Positions 40,432 to 56,199 of a stretch of 64,000 nucleotides of DNA are shown here, one piece after another. This stretch comes from the human T2T-CHM13v2.0 reference genome, Homo sapiens. Under the pieces are notes generated by a model. That model was not told the origin of the DNA. It did no database searches and was given only the letters and a program-made list of their open reading frames with translations. The translations under genes and the position numbers were made by a program. Location: the NCBI RefSeq assembly GCF_009914755.1, contig NC_060943.1, one strand, 5' to 3'. Every line of letters starts with the position of its first letter. Position 1 is the stretch's first letter.

Positions 40432-40920
40432 TGTTTTTTGTTTTGTTTTTGTTTGTGTGTTTGTTTGTTTTGTTTTTGTTGTTTCTGTTTGTTTTTGTTT
40501 TTGTTTTTTGTTTGTTTTGTGTTTGTTTTGTGTTTGTTTTTGTTTGTTTTTTGTTTGGTTGGTTGTTTTTTGTTTGTTTTGTTTGTGTGTTCTTTTTTTG
40601 TGTGTTTTTTGTTTTGTTTGTTTTTTGTTTGTTTGTTTTTGAGACGGAGTCTCACCCTGTCACCCAGGCTGGAGTGCAGTGGCGCGATCTTGGCTCACTG
40701 CAAGCTCCGCTTCCCGGTTCACACCATTCTTCTGTCTCAGCCTCCAGAGTAGCTGGGACTACAGATTCCCACCACCACGCCCGACTAATTTTTGTATTTT
40801 TAAGTAGAGACAGGGTTTCACCATGTTAGCCAGGATGGTCTTAGTCTCCTGACCTCGTGATCTGCCTGCCTCAGCCTCCCAAAGTCCTGGGATTACAGGC
40901 GTGAGCTATCGCACCTGGCC
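40432..40920 (-). mobile_element. AluY/Sc with ~210-bp compound (GTTTT/GTTT)n tail
   Basis: Alu body 40641-40920 (ctgcaagctccg, ttagccaggatggtc). Tail 40432-40640. Short TSD atgttttt. Confidence 0.95.
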
Positions 40921-41256
40921 AATGTTTTTTTTTATACCTACTGCTCATGTAGTCTTCTTGCATTCATGGTAACTCTCCCAGCAGCTCTGCCTAAAGCCTT
41001 CAGGTCATCCTTGACTTCTTTCTCTCTGACACCTCACACCTAATTCATCAGCCAATAGGGTTAGGTCTACCTTCAAAATACAACCAGAAGCCAGTCAGAT
41101 CTTCCAGGTCCCAGCCACCACCATCTGTTGCCTAGATGAGTGATGAGTGACTAGACTGCTAATTGGTCTTGTTTATTTTTAATCCTCTTCCCATTTATTC
41201 TTAAAAGAGGGTCCTATTAAAACATGCCAGATTGTGTCATTCCTCTGCTCAAAACC

Positions 41257-41485
41257 TTTTTATTATTATTATTATTATACTTTAAGTTCTAAGGTACAGG
41301 TGCACAGCGTGCAGGTTTGTTACATAGGTGTACATGTGCCATGTTGGTTTGCTGCACCCATCAACTCATCATTTACATTAGGTATTTCTCCTAATGCTAT
41401 TCCTCCCCCAGTGACCCACCCCCTGACAGGCCCCGGTGTGTGATGTTCCCTGTCCTGTGTCCATGTGTTCTTGTTGTTCAACTCC
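41257..41485 (-). mobile_element. 5'-truncated L1PA5-7-like 3' end with (TTA)n tail
   Basis: ttatactttaagttct...tgcaggtttgttacatagg...ggtatttctcctaatgctat...gacaggccccggtgtgtgatgttccc. Confidence 0.92.
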
Positions 41486-42947
41486 ATCGATTCCCATTTC
41501 AAATTTCTTTCTAATACCCAAAAGGCAGCACATGCTCTAACCTGTTTTCTCTTTGACTTAAACGTCTACTGTTCCGTTCCTTTTGCTCTAATCCAGCCAC
41601 ACTGAGCTTCTTGGAAACTTTAAAGCATGCTCAGCATGTTTCCCTTTGTACCTGGCAGCTCACTCTGTACGGAGGGCTTTTCCCGCAGATCTGCTCTCAG
41701 CTCACTGCCTCCATTTCTTCAGTTCTTCGATGGAAAGTCACTTTCTCAGCAAGGCCATATCTGGCCATTCTAATATTTCCACCATCTCTCTCCTCCAACA
41801 CACATTTCATTTTCCTGCTTTAATTTTTCTCCTTTAACATATACATTTTGTTTATGCTGTTTATTGTTATTGTATGTTCACTTCATTCTCATGATCAGGA
41901 TTTTGTCTGTTCATTACCATATCCTTAGTGCAACTCAATACATATTTATTAAATAAGTGAATAGAGTTTACCCTGGTATATTATTTTAAACATAAATTCT
42001 CACTTAAGGAACAGTATGACATGGGCTAATTCTGACAATTTTACTTGGCATTATGCACATTTGTGGGATTATTTTAGTTATTTTTAATACTCTATTTTCT
42101 CTATATTTATATTCTTCCATTTAGGAAGGAAAGTCCAATATTGCGGTTAATATTTTTTCTTTTACTGGTTGTTATGATAGTTTTAATTATGGTAAAATGA
42201 GTCGAAGGAGTTGCAAACTTCATTTGTATTTTATTAGAAATAATAAAATATAAGGGTGATGAATGCAATAAATGTAAAATTTGTTTTCAAAAGATTATGA
42301 GCCTTCAATATCTGATATAAAAAGACACAGTTTGAATTTCTTGCTTTTCATAGTAAGAAAGCTATTCTTGTCAGGCACAGTCTCTTCTGGTTAAGCAGCT
42401 GCTGATGTTATACAGATTTGGGGGAAGAGTGGAATTAAAAGCTTGGCCAGCTCTCACAGGCGTCAGTGGGTTGATGCCACCTGCCTGGTGCAGCGTAATT
42501 ATCTGAGGGAGACTGCTATGGAATGGTTGGCATTCCCAGGCATGCTGATTAAGGTGAGTTTGTCTCTGACTGGCTATCTTTCAGATGCAAGCAGCTGACA
42601 TTGATTGGTTAGGGAAAGAGTCTAGTGGTCACTGATTATGTGTCTGGATTTAAAACGACTTCTGTGTGGCTGCTTGTTATTGGGGCTACAGATCAGACTT
42701 TCCTTAAGTTTGAGGCAACTTTCATCAGATGTTTTCTGTTTCAAAGTTGCCTTCCATCAACTAGGTTCAAAACAAAAATTTTTTATATTCCAGAAATGTA
42801 GATGTATTTTTGAAGTTTGGATTAAAGAGGAATTATTTAATAACCGCTCTCAAAAAGATTCCCCCCTCACCTTCTTTAAGACACTTATTCTCAATTGAGA
42901 GAGTTATCTATATAGTTATTTTTCGATAAATAATTATTAGTTTTACA

Positions 42948-42949
42948 TG

Positions 42950-42998
<49 letters not shown>
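42948..42998. repeat. (TG)n microsatellite
   Basis: ~25 TG units with one CG. Confidence 0.97.
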
Positions 42999-43001
<3 letters not shown>

Positions 43002-43727
43002 AGGGGCTGAGGCTGAACTCCTAACATCATAATCTCCAGTAGAAAGTTTTAGTCTCCTTGCAAATTAATGTAGGTTATATAATAGTGATATAATTATGCA
43101 TGTGTTTATTTTATAAAAATATAATTACAATTTTTTTCCAAAAATCTACATTTTTATATTAGGATCAGATACAGGGCTAAAACTGTACAAAGGCTTCAAA
43201 ATTACTTTATTTTCAAATAATCATAAGTAATCAGAATAGTGCTATTTTTGAACTACACATAATGACATATAAATATTTTTAAAGTTCTCCCCACACTGTA
43301 TATTTCATTTTTTCCTTTCAGGTTATATGTTTTAGCTTATTTTTAAGAACTTGATTTAAATAAAACATTATTATATTTTAAAACAAAACAAAAAACATAA
43401 CAAAAATCCAGTTAGGACTCTCATGCCTGTGAGTCCTTGCTTGTGGGCAGTGAGCTCCAGCCTTTGAGCGTGGTATTCAAGTTTAGGGTAGCATTCGTCT
43501 TGCAGTATTTGCTTTCATGTGTTTTACAGTTTTTTGAGTTCCTGGGAAACTCCTAGATGCCTCGTGCCTAACCTTTGTGCTCACATTCTATTCTCTATGT
43601 AGAATGGTTTTTTCACACTTTTTTTTTTTGGCATCCTAACTCTTACGTATCACATTGTATCATAATTGTATATTTACCTGTTTTTAAAGCAGATAATATT
43701 CATTTTCTTGTATATCGTTGGAACTAC

Positions 43728-43751
43728 ATATATATATATATATATATATAT
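43728..43751. repeat. (TA)n microsatellite
   Basis: 12 AT units. Confidence 0.95.
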
Positions 43752-43893
43752 GTAGTTCATAACAGGTTTTAGAATAGTAAGTTAATTGAAATTGGGAACA
43801 TTTTGAATTTTACAAAAAAAAGTTTTTAAAATTCTTTGTCATAGAGTTATTTTTAAAAGATTGGCTTTTTAATGGATTTTTTTTTAAGAATAC

Positions 43894-44061
43894 TGATACT
43901 TCTTTGCATGTGAATGAGGTAGAGAAACATGAAAATAAAAACTGTACCTCAAAAGACCCTGGGATTAAACAAATGTTTGAGAAGGCCAACTTACTCACTG
44001 GTGGTCTGCTACAAGTGAATGATGACAGCAGTTTAAGTAAAATAATTGAAGATGAAGGAAG
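43894..44061 (+). pseudogene. ANKRD26: Orphan exon of an ANKRD26-family paralog (pseudogene fragment, not the ANKRD26 gene itself)
   Basis: Translates without a stop as DTSLHVNEVEKHENKNCTSKDPGIKQMFEKANLLTGGLLQVNDDSSLSKIIEDEG(R). This aligns without gaps to the ANKRD26 segment I recall (...FGKASLLTGGLLQVDDDSSLSEIDEDEGR). It ends at AG|gtaaaa and is preceded by a T tract. 168 nt, phase 2-2. Confidence 0.8.
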
Positions 44062-44287
44062 GTAAAACTTGTAAGCTTATTTCCCTGTGAAAGAATGTTA
44101 GCAATAGTTACTTTCTCTGGAAATAGAATAGTTTAGTCAGCCAAGGCTGGAGGATCCTCAACTGTATCAAAGCTGCTGAAAGATTAAAAATTCTAATGTA
44201 ATTGAACATGAAAATGATGACCTACATGTTAAACTATCATACATAGATTATTAAAACTTACAATAAACATAAAAACACTTATGTATG

Positions 44288-44402
44288 TCAATAAATGTGA
44301 TACATTACATCAACAGAATTTTTAAAAATATATATATATATAACCATCTCAATAGATGCAGAAAAAGCATTTGACAAAATCTGGCATTCTTTATGATAAA
44401 AT
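44288..44402 (+). mobile_element. Isolated L1 ORF2 snippet
   Basis: caataaatgtgatacattacatcaacagaat...catctcaatagatgcagaaaaagcatttgacaaaat, homologous to ~51170-51280 of the full-length L1. Confidence 0.85.
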
Positions 44403-47400
44403 TGTCTTATTTCATTTAAGTTTCCTTCATGTCTTTTAATGGCTTGAGAGCTCATTTATTTTTAGCACTAATATTCCATTGTATGGCTGTAGCACATGTT
44501 ATTCCTTCACCTACTGGAAGATTAGCTTCGTTGCTTCACAAATTGATTGAATTTTTATATCTATGCTTATGAGAATTTTTTTGTTTAAAATATCTTTGTC
44601 TGCTTTTGGTTCGTGGTGATGCTAGCATTATAGAAGTTTGAATATACTCCTTTTTATTTTGAAGGGCAAAGTTTGTGTAGAATTTTATTATTTTTTCCTA
44701 CAATGTTTGGAAGGATTCACCAGCCTAGCTGATTGGGCCTGAAATTTTATCTGTAGAAAGGTTTTCAACTGTTATTTTATTTTATTTTATGGATATGGGG
44801 GAATGTAGGTTATCTATTCTTGATTTATGTTTGGTAATTTAACCTTTTTCAAGGAATTTTTCAATTTTACCTAACTTGTCATGTTTATTCACATAAATTT
44901 AACAATATTACCTTTTTTATAGTATCTGTAGAATCTGTAATAATGTCACATTACTCAATTCTAAGTTACTAATTTGTATCTTCTTTTTTTCCTGAGTAAC
45001 CTAGCTAGACAAAGGTTTATTGCTTTTATTGATCTCCTCAAAGTGTGTAGTGTTGACTTCCTCTACTGTTTTTCTTCTCTATTAATTTCATCTTTGATGA
45101 TTTGGTCCTTTAGGCTCATTATTTTAAAAAAATCATAGCCTGAGTAGCTTATTAACAAAATGAATTGATTTCTTATGGTTCTAGAAGTTGCAAAGTCCAA
45201 GATCAAGGTGCTGTTAGATTTGATGTCTGATGAGGGACTAGTTCATGGTTCATAGATGCATTATTTTTTCCTGTGTCCTCAAAAGGCAAAAGGGGTGAAG
45301 GGGCTTTCTGGGGTCTCACATGTAAGGGCATTAATTTATTCATAAGAACTTGGCCTCCATTACCTAATCACTTCCAAAAAGCCCCACCTCTAATAACATC
45401 AGCTCTGTGATTTGGTTTTAGTATATAAATTTTGAAAGGATTCAACATTCAGATCACCAGAGATATTTATTTATTTTTGTCTGCATGCTTTAAGTTTAGT
45501 TTTATCTCCTTTTTACTGGTTTCTTAAAGTAGAAGTGAAAGTTATTTGTTTGAGACTCTTCTAATATAGACATTCAGTGCTATATTTGTATTTAAGTATA
45601 GTTGTAGCTGTATTCCACAAGTTTTGATATATTATGTTTTCATTTTTACTTAGTGCAAAATATTTTCTAATTTATTTTCCCTTACCTCTTTGACTCAGGA
45701 TGGGTATTTGGGTATGTATTACTTAGTTTCCAAATATTTGAGTATTTCCTAGAGCTATTTTTGTTACTGATTTCTGATTTGATTGATATGCTTGTCAGGA
45801 CACATACTTTGTTTGACTTATCCTTTTGACTTAATCCTTTTTTTGAGAGTAATTGTATGGCCTAGAATATGATCTATCTTGGTAAGTGTTCCACAGGTAC
45901 TTGAAAAGCACAGTGTTGCTCAAGACTATTCTATTCTTGTTGATTTTCTGTCTCCTTGTTCAGTCACTTATTGACTACAGGGTATTAAAACCTCAGGTTA
46001 CTTTAAAATTGTCTGTAGTTCTAGATATTTATGTCTCATATATTTTGAAGCTGTTATGTTAATAGGGGCATAAACATTTTGGATTATGTCTTCTTGATTG
46101 ATTGAATGCTTTGTCATTGTGACATGATCTTGTTTATTGATGGGAATATTTTTTGCTATGAAATGTGCTTTGGTATTAAGGCAGCCACACCTGCTCAGCC
46201 TTCTTCTAAGTGTTAGCATTCTCTTTTTTCAACCTTTTATCCAATTTGTGTCTTCAAATTTAAAGCGCATTTCTTATTGGCAGCATCTGGTTGGGTCCTG
46301 TTTTGTTTTGTTTTTTTTTAATGGAGTCTGACAGTCTATATTTTAACTGAGGTTCTTAGACCAGTGTCATGTGTGATGTAATTATTGACATACTTAGGCT
46401 TACCTGTCATCATGCTGTTTGATTATTATTAGCCCCAGCTGTTCTTTATTCCCTTTTTCTTTTCTGCTCTCTTAAAGATTAGTCAAGTAACTTTTCTTAA
46501 TGATTTAGTTTTACATTTCTGTTATGGCATATTAGGTATAACTCTTTTTTATTTTTATTTTTGCTTTCTTAGTATTTGTTTTAGAATTTACATAATTTTA
46601 ACTTATCGAAGTCTACCTTCAAGTAATATTATACAACATCATACAAGGTATAGGAAAAGTATAATAGTATAGTTTCATTTCTTTTCTCCTAGCATATGTA
46701 CATGTGCTCAGCAATTTTTTTAGATTTCAGTGTAAAGATCTTTCAAATAATTTGTTTGATTTATCCCTAAGTATTTTATATTTTTAATTCTATTGTAAAT
46801 AGTATTATATTTAAAAATTTATTCCTAATTATTTCTAACATATGAAAATACCATTGATTTGTGCATATTTATCTTATATCCTACAACATTGAAAAACTAA
46901 CTTACTATCTTCAGTAGTAGGCTTTTAAAGGATTTAATTGGGATTTCTACATAAATGATTATATCTGTGATTAAAGACATTTTTACTTACTTCTTTTCTA
47001 TTTAGATGCCTTTTATTTCCCCCCTTTCTTGTTTTCCTTCCTTCTTTCTCTTCTCTTTTCTTTTTTTTAAGTTTTTTTGCAATAGGTAGACCTTCCAGGA
47101 CAATGTTGAATAGAAGTGGTAAGACCTGATATCCCTGTCTTCTTGATTGTAAGAGAAAGCATTCAGTCTTTCATCATTATATAGGATGTTAGTTGTAGGT
47201 ATTTTAAAGATGCCCTTTGAAATGTTGAGAAAAATCTTATGTATCCTTTATTTGCTGAGATTATTTTTTAATAAGAATGGATATTAAATTTTGTCAAATG
47301 CTCTTTCTGCATATACTACACATAAGTGTATGCTTTTCCTTTCATTTTATTAATATAGTAATAACATTAATTGATTTTGAAAGAGGGTTAAATATTCAAC

Positions 47401-47439
47401 TTATTAAAATAAGTGTTTAAATGCATTTTTTATTTCCTT
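44403..47439 (-). mobile_element. Mosaic of old antisense L1M fragments
   Basis: e.g. tattccattgtatggctgta, atgtttggaaggattcacc, ccttccaggacaatgttgaatagaagtggt, ttttgtcaaatgctctttctgcat. Confidence 0.75.
45130..45460. mobile_element. MLT1A/C-like MaLR LTR nested in L1M
   Basis: ctgagtagctta...ttcttatggttctagaag...aagtccaagatcaaggtgc...cctaatcacttccaaaaagccccacctc. Confidence 0.75.
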
Positions 47440-47455
47440 AAAAATGTTTAAATTT

Positions 47456-48362
47456 GGGGGAGGAGCTGAGATGTCTGAATAGGAAAAGCTCCGGTCTACA
47501 GCACCCAGCATGAGCGACGCAAAAGATGGGTGATTTCTGCATTTCCATCTGAGGTACCGGGTTCATCTCACTAGGGAGTGCCAGACAGTGGGCGTGGGTC
47601 AGTGGGTGAGCACACCGTGTGTGAGCCGAAGCAGGGCGAGGCATTGCCTCACTCGGGAAGCTCAAGGGGTCAGGGAGTTCCCTTTCCTAGTCAAAGAAAG
47701 GGGTGACAGAGGGCACCTGGAAAATCGGGTCACTCCCACCTGAATACTGCACTTTTCCGACGAGCTTAAAAGAGGGCGCACCCGGAGATTATATCCCGCA
47801 CATGGCTCGGAGGGTCCTACGCCCACAGAGTCTCGCTGATTGCTAGCACAGCAGTCTGAGATCAAACTGCAAGGTGGCAGCGAGGCTGGGGGAGGGGCGC
47901 CCACCATTGCCCAGGCTTGCTTAGGTAAACAAAGCAGCCAGGAAGCTCGAACTGGGTGGAGCCCACCACAGCTCAAGGAGGCCTTCCTGCCTCTGTAGGC
48001 TCCACCTCTGGGGGCAGGGCACAGACAAACAAAAAGACAGCAGTAACCTCTGCAGACTTAAATGTCCCTGTCTGACAGCTTTGGAGAGAGCAGTGGTTCT
48101 CCCAGCATGCAGCTGGAGATCTGAGAATGGGCAGACTGCCTCCTCAAGTGGGTCCCTGACCCCTGACCCCTGAGCAGCCTAACTGGGAGGCACCCCCCAG
48201 CAGGGGCAGACTGACACCTCACATGGCTGGGTACGCCAACAGACCTGCAACTGAGACTCCTGTCTGTTAGAAGGAAAACTAACAAACAGAAAGGACATCC
48301 ACACCAAAAACCCATCTGTACATCACCATCATCAAAGACCAAAAGTAGATAAAACCACAAAG
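47456..48362 (+). promoter_or_regulatory. L1 5'UTR internal sense promoter and antisense promoter
   Basis: Complete ~900-bp 5'UTR. The YY1 site is altered (ctgagatgtct instead of ccaagatggcc) and many CpGs have decayed. Confidence 0.8.
47662..47907 (-). CDS. L1 ORF0-like antisense ORF (81 aa)
   Basis: From ATG 47907: MVGAPPPASLPPCSLISDCCASNQRDSVGVGPSEP...TRFSRC..., matching the primate L1 ORF0 peptide. Expression unknown. Confidence 0.65.
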   Translation of the reverse strand: MVGAPPPASLPPCSLISDCCASNQRDSVGVGPSEPCAGYNLRVRPLLSSSEKCSIQVGVTRFSRCPLSPLSLTRKGNSLTP

Positions 48363-49379
48363 ATGGGGAAAAAACAGAGCAGAAAAACTGGAAACTCTAA
48401 AAAGCAGAGCACTTCTCCCCCTCCAAAGGAACACAGTTCCTCACCAGCAACGGAACAAAGCTGGACGGAGAATGACTTTAACGAGCTGAGAGAAGAAGGC
48501 TTCAGATGATCAAATTACTCCGAGCTATGGGAGGAAATTCAAACCAAAGGCAAAGAAGTTGAAAACTTTGACAAAAATTTAGAAGAATGTACAACTAGAA
48601 TAACCAATACAGAGAAGTGCTTAAAGGAGCTGATGGAGCTGAAAACCAAGGCTCGAGAACTACATGAAGAATGCGGAAGCCTCAGGAGCCGATGCGATTA
48701 ACTGGAAGTAAGGGTATCAGCGATGGAAGATGAAGTGAATGAAATGAAGCGAGAAGGGAAGTTTAGAGAAAAAAGAATAAAAAGAAACGAGCAAAGCCTC
48801 CAAGAAATATGGGACTATGTGAAAAGACCAAATCTACGTCTGATTGGTGTACCTGAAAGTGACGGGGAGAATGGAACCAAGCTGGAAAACACTCTGCAGG
48901 ATATTATCCAGGAGAACTTCCCCAATCTGGCAAGGCAGGCCAACATTCAGATTCAGGAAATACAGAGAATGCCACAAAGATACTCCTGGAGAAGAGCAAC
49001 TCCAAGACACATAATTGTCAGATTCACCAAAGTTGAAATGAAGGAAAAAATGTTAAGGGCAGCCAGAGAGAAAGGTCGGGTTACCCACAAAGGGAAGCCC
49101 ATCAGACTAACAGTGGATCTCTCGGCAGAAACTCTACAAGCCAGAAGAGAGTGGGGGCCAATATTCAACATTCTTAAAGAAAAGAATTTTCAACCCAGAA
49201 TTTCATATCCAGCCAAACTAAGCTTCATAAGTGAAGGAGAAATAAAATACTTTATAGACAAGCAAATGCTGAGAGATTTTGTCACCACCAGGCCTGCCCT
49301 AAAAGAGCTCCTGAAGGAAGCGCTAAACATGGAAAAGAACAACCGGTATCAGCCACTGCAAAATCATGCCAAAATGTAA
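48363..49379 (+). pseudogene. L1 ORF1p, disrupted
   Basis: ATG 48363 to TAA 49379 spans the standard 338 codons, with in-frame stops TGA (48507) and TAA (48699). The C-terminal 218 aa are open (REKG, ARR, YPAKLS motifs). Confidence 0.96.
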
Positions 49380-49442
49380 AGACCATAGAGACTAGGAAGA
49401 AACTGCATCAACTAACGAGCAAAATAGCCAGCTAACATCATA

Positions 49443-53264
<3,822 letters not shown>

Positions 53265-53559
53265 ACAATGAGAACACATAGACACAGGAAGGGGAACATC
53301 ACACTCTGGGGACTGTTGTGGAGTAGGGGGAGGGGGGAGGGATAGCACTGGGAGATATACCTAATGCTAGATGACGAGTTAGTGGGTGCAGTGCACCAGC
53401 ATGGCACATGTATACATATGTAACTAACCTGCACACTGTGCACATGTACCCTAAAACTTAAAGTATAATAATAATAAATTTTTAAAAAATGTTTAAATTT
53501 GAGCTTAACTTTAAATCTTATATTCTGTTAAAAATTTTCCAAGTTTTATCAATTCTTTT

Positions 53560-54440
53560 TAACATTCTAAAATATATATGACATAAACTTTAACATTTTA
53601 ACAATTTTTAAGTGCACAGTTTAGTTTCATCAAGTGCATTTAGAATGTAATGCAACAGTTACTACTATCCATTTCTAGAACGCTTTTATTATCCCAAACA
53701 GAAACTCTGTACCCATTAGATATTAACTTCCTGTAAGTTCTACCCCAGCCCATGGAACCCTCTATTCTAATCTCTTTCTCTGTAACTTTACCTATTCCAG
53801 GTACCTCATTTAAGTGGAATCATACAACATTTTTTTGTCTGTGTGTCTATTTCACTTAGTATAATGTTTTCAAAGTTCATTTATATTGTTTCAAGTATCA
53901 TTACATTATTTCTTTTTATTCCCAGGTAATATTCTACCTCATAAATATCATATTTAATGTATCAGATAATAGACATGTGGATTGTTTCTAGGTTTTAACT
54001 ATTATGAATAATGCTGCTACGAATGTGCACATAGGCATATGTCTCTCTTGAGAAAATACTGGGGAGTGGAATTTCTGGGTCACATGATAACTGCATTTAA
54101 TCTTGAGGGACTGGGGACCATCAAGTTGTTTCCCAAATCAGCTGCACAATTTTACATTATCACCAGCAATGTAGGAGGGCTCCCATTTTTTCAGAGACTT
54201 TCCAGTCTTTATTTTTAATCTTTTTGACTGTATGTATCCTAGTGATGTGAAGTGCTATCTCATTGTAGCTTTGACTTGCCTTTCTCTAATGATGAATGAT
54301 GTTGAGCATCTTTTCATGTGGTTAATGGCCATTTGTCAATCTTATTTTATAAAATATGTAGTCAGATCCTTTGAGCATATTTTAATTGATTGGGTTTTTG
54401 TTGTTGAATTGTAAGAATGCTTTATATATTCTGAACAAAA
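53560..54440 (-). mobile_element. L1MB-like 3' end
   Basis: tttttaagtgcacagtt...ccaaacagaaactctgtacccatta...gtacctcatttaagtggaatcata...gatgttgagcatcttttcatgtg. Confidence 0.85.
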
Positions 54441-56199
54441 TGTATGTTTATTACTGTTTTCTCATAAACTTTGTTCTAACTCTTAATGTCCTTTGTTTCT
54501 GTATTTTGAACTTTTGTTTCATAAACCACTTTTTTCTCAAGAATTTGCCAATAGCACCACAATATTTCTTTAAGTCCATCTTTTTTTATAATTTACTTCC
54601 TCACCCAAAAGGAAAAAATCTATATGCATTTTTATTATTCCCCCAAAATTCCCACCCCACTCACATCCACTGTATTGCTATAACCTACATTCTCTCCTGG
54701 AACAAGATATGGGGAAGATTAAACTTTATCTTGCTGAGGTAACCTCCTTTATATTATGCATGCATTGCTTTCATGAAGTTTTCCACAGTTGGGAAAACGA
54801 GGCACGTTGCTGCTTTGCTCAGGAGCGCAGGCTTACATGCCTTGAAAGGATGTAGTAAACCAACAGATGGTCTAAGTTACTAACAACTATCATCTCATTA
54901 ATTGTCAGGGTTACTTATAAATAAAGAAATAATTTAGAACTTAAATGTCAAAATATTCTACTACAAAGATGGCAAATATTTGATGAAACCTGCAATGTTT
55001 GTTCCAGATGGCCAAACTATAATCTAGTCCCTGCCTTTCTCATTCAATTTTTTATTTTTGATTTTTTTTACATCTTTATTTGACAAATACATATTTCCTT
55101 GTTATACTATGCTTCCAGGTGACACTCTGATATATATCTCAAATGACCATACACAGAATTGTGAAAGTAGTTGAGGACACTCATATCACAAATGAGGAAA
55201 GTCAGATCACCTCAGCAGTTGGCTCTGGAAATAGGAGGAAAGAGAACTATCATCTTCCTTTCATACTGAGATTCACCAATTATTCAATGTACACAATAAA
55301 AACCACAAATCAACATTAGTTATTTAATACAAAAACACTCAGTATAAAGCCATTGTGAGGGAAATCATCTTTTCGAAAGTCAATTATTCTAGGGGGAATC
55401 TTCAGCAAGAACTACATAAATCAAAAGAAGTTGACGCTGAGAGAAACTCGCTTTGCCCCTCATCACATTACTATCTACTCGTTGACAAGAACTTTAATCT
55501 TCTCACAAGTATTAAGTAAAAACAGTGCTAACTCTTCTTCATGAACTGGTTTATTCCCAGAGCTAAGACAAGGTGTAACTTATTTGGTGTAAGGGAAACC
55601 TCACATCCATTGGTCCATGTTTTTGTCAGTAAGGTTAATAGGTCATCAATGAGTATATCTAGTCTCCTTTTCTCCTCTGGACTCTGCAGAGAAGTGTAGG
55701 GCAGGTGAAGACCCTTCCTGCATTGGCTGGGTAAATGTTCTGTAGATGAACATTTCTTTTGTTCAGGTTCCAAAATCAAGACAAAGAGAAAACATAAGAA
55801 AATCTTTTTTGTCAAGGCAAAAAGCCCTATTTTCTAAATGAGCTTTTAACAGGAATAACATCTTTGAATATTGATCTGACCTCTTGGTTTTATTTCTAAA
55901 TTGGTTTAGAACTAAAAGGGGAGAGGTGTGTTATCAATTCATACATGAAAAGCCCCAACATCCAAGAATCCATCTTAATGTGATCTAGATATCTGAGAAG
56001 CAGACATAAAATGTATACCCCTGTTTAATGGTGATTGATACATTTCCAACTGTGTTGCTGTCCATAAGCAAAGTCTATGTGCATGTGGCTGGTTCATACA
56101 TTTCTGTCATAGACACCAAGGATGCCAGACAGGACCAGGCAGAAGATACAACAGGCAATGGTTTTCTTTTCTTTTTCTTTCTTTTTTTTTTTTGTTCAC

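Larger units (their letters stand above)
39990..41960 (+). mobile_element. L2, interrupted by an Alu and an L1PA
   Basis: acctgtcagcaatgtgtgac...ttcttcacttggct...tcttgagttccagac...tcatccttgact...tcctctgctcaaaacc...ctcaatacatatttattaaataagtgaat. Confidence 0.75.

Noticed and set aside
40092-40829. 245-aa hydrophobic ORF resembling a membrane protein
   Set aside because: Read-through of L2, the (GTTTT)n tail and an antisense Alu.
42100-42150. Possible 21-nt micro-exon after ttcttccatttag
   Set aside because: The donor (gttaat) is weak and the peptide is not recognisable.
55100-56170. Further ANKRD26-family or other coding exons (including ORF 55528-55815)
   Set aside because: The translations I tried gave no convincing similarity and splice signals are weak; a BLASTX search would be needed.
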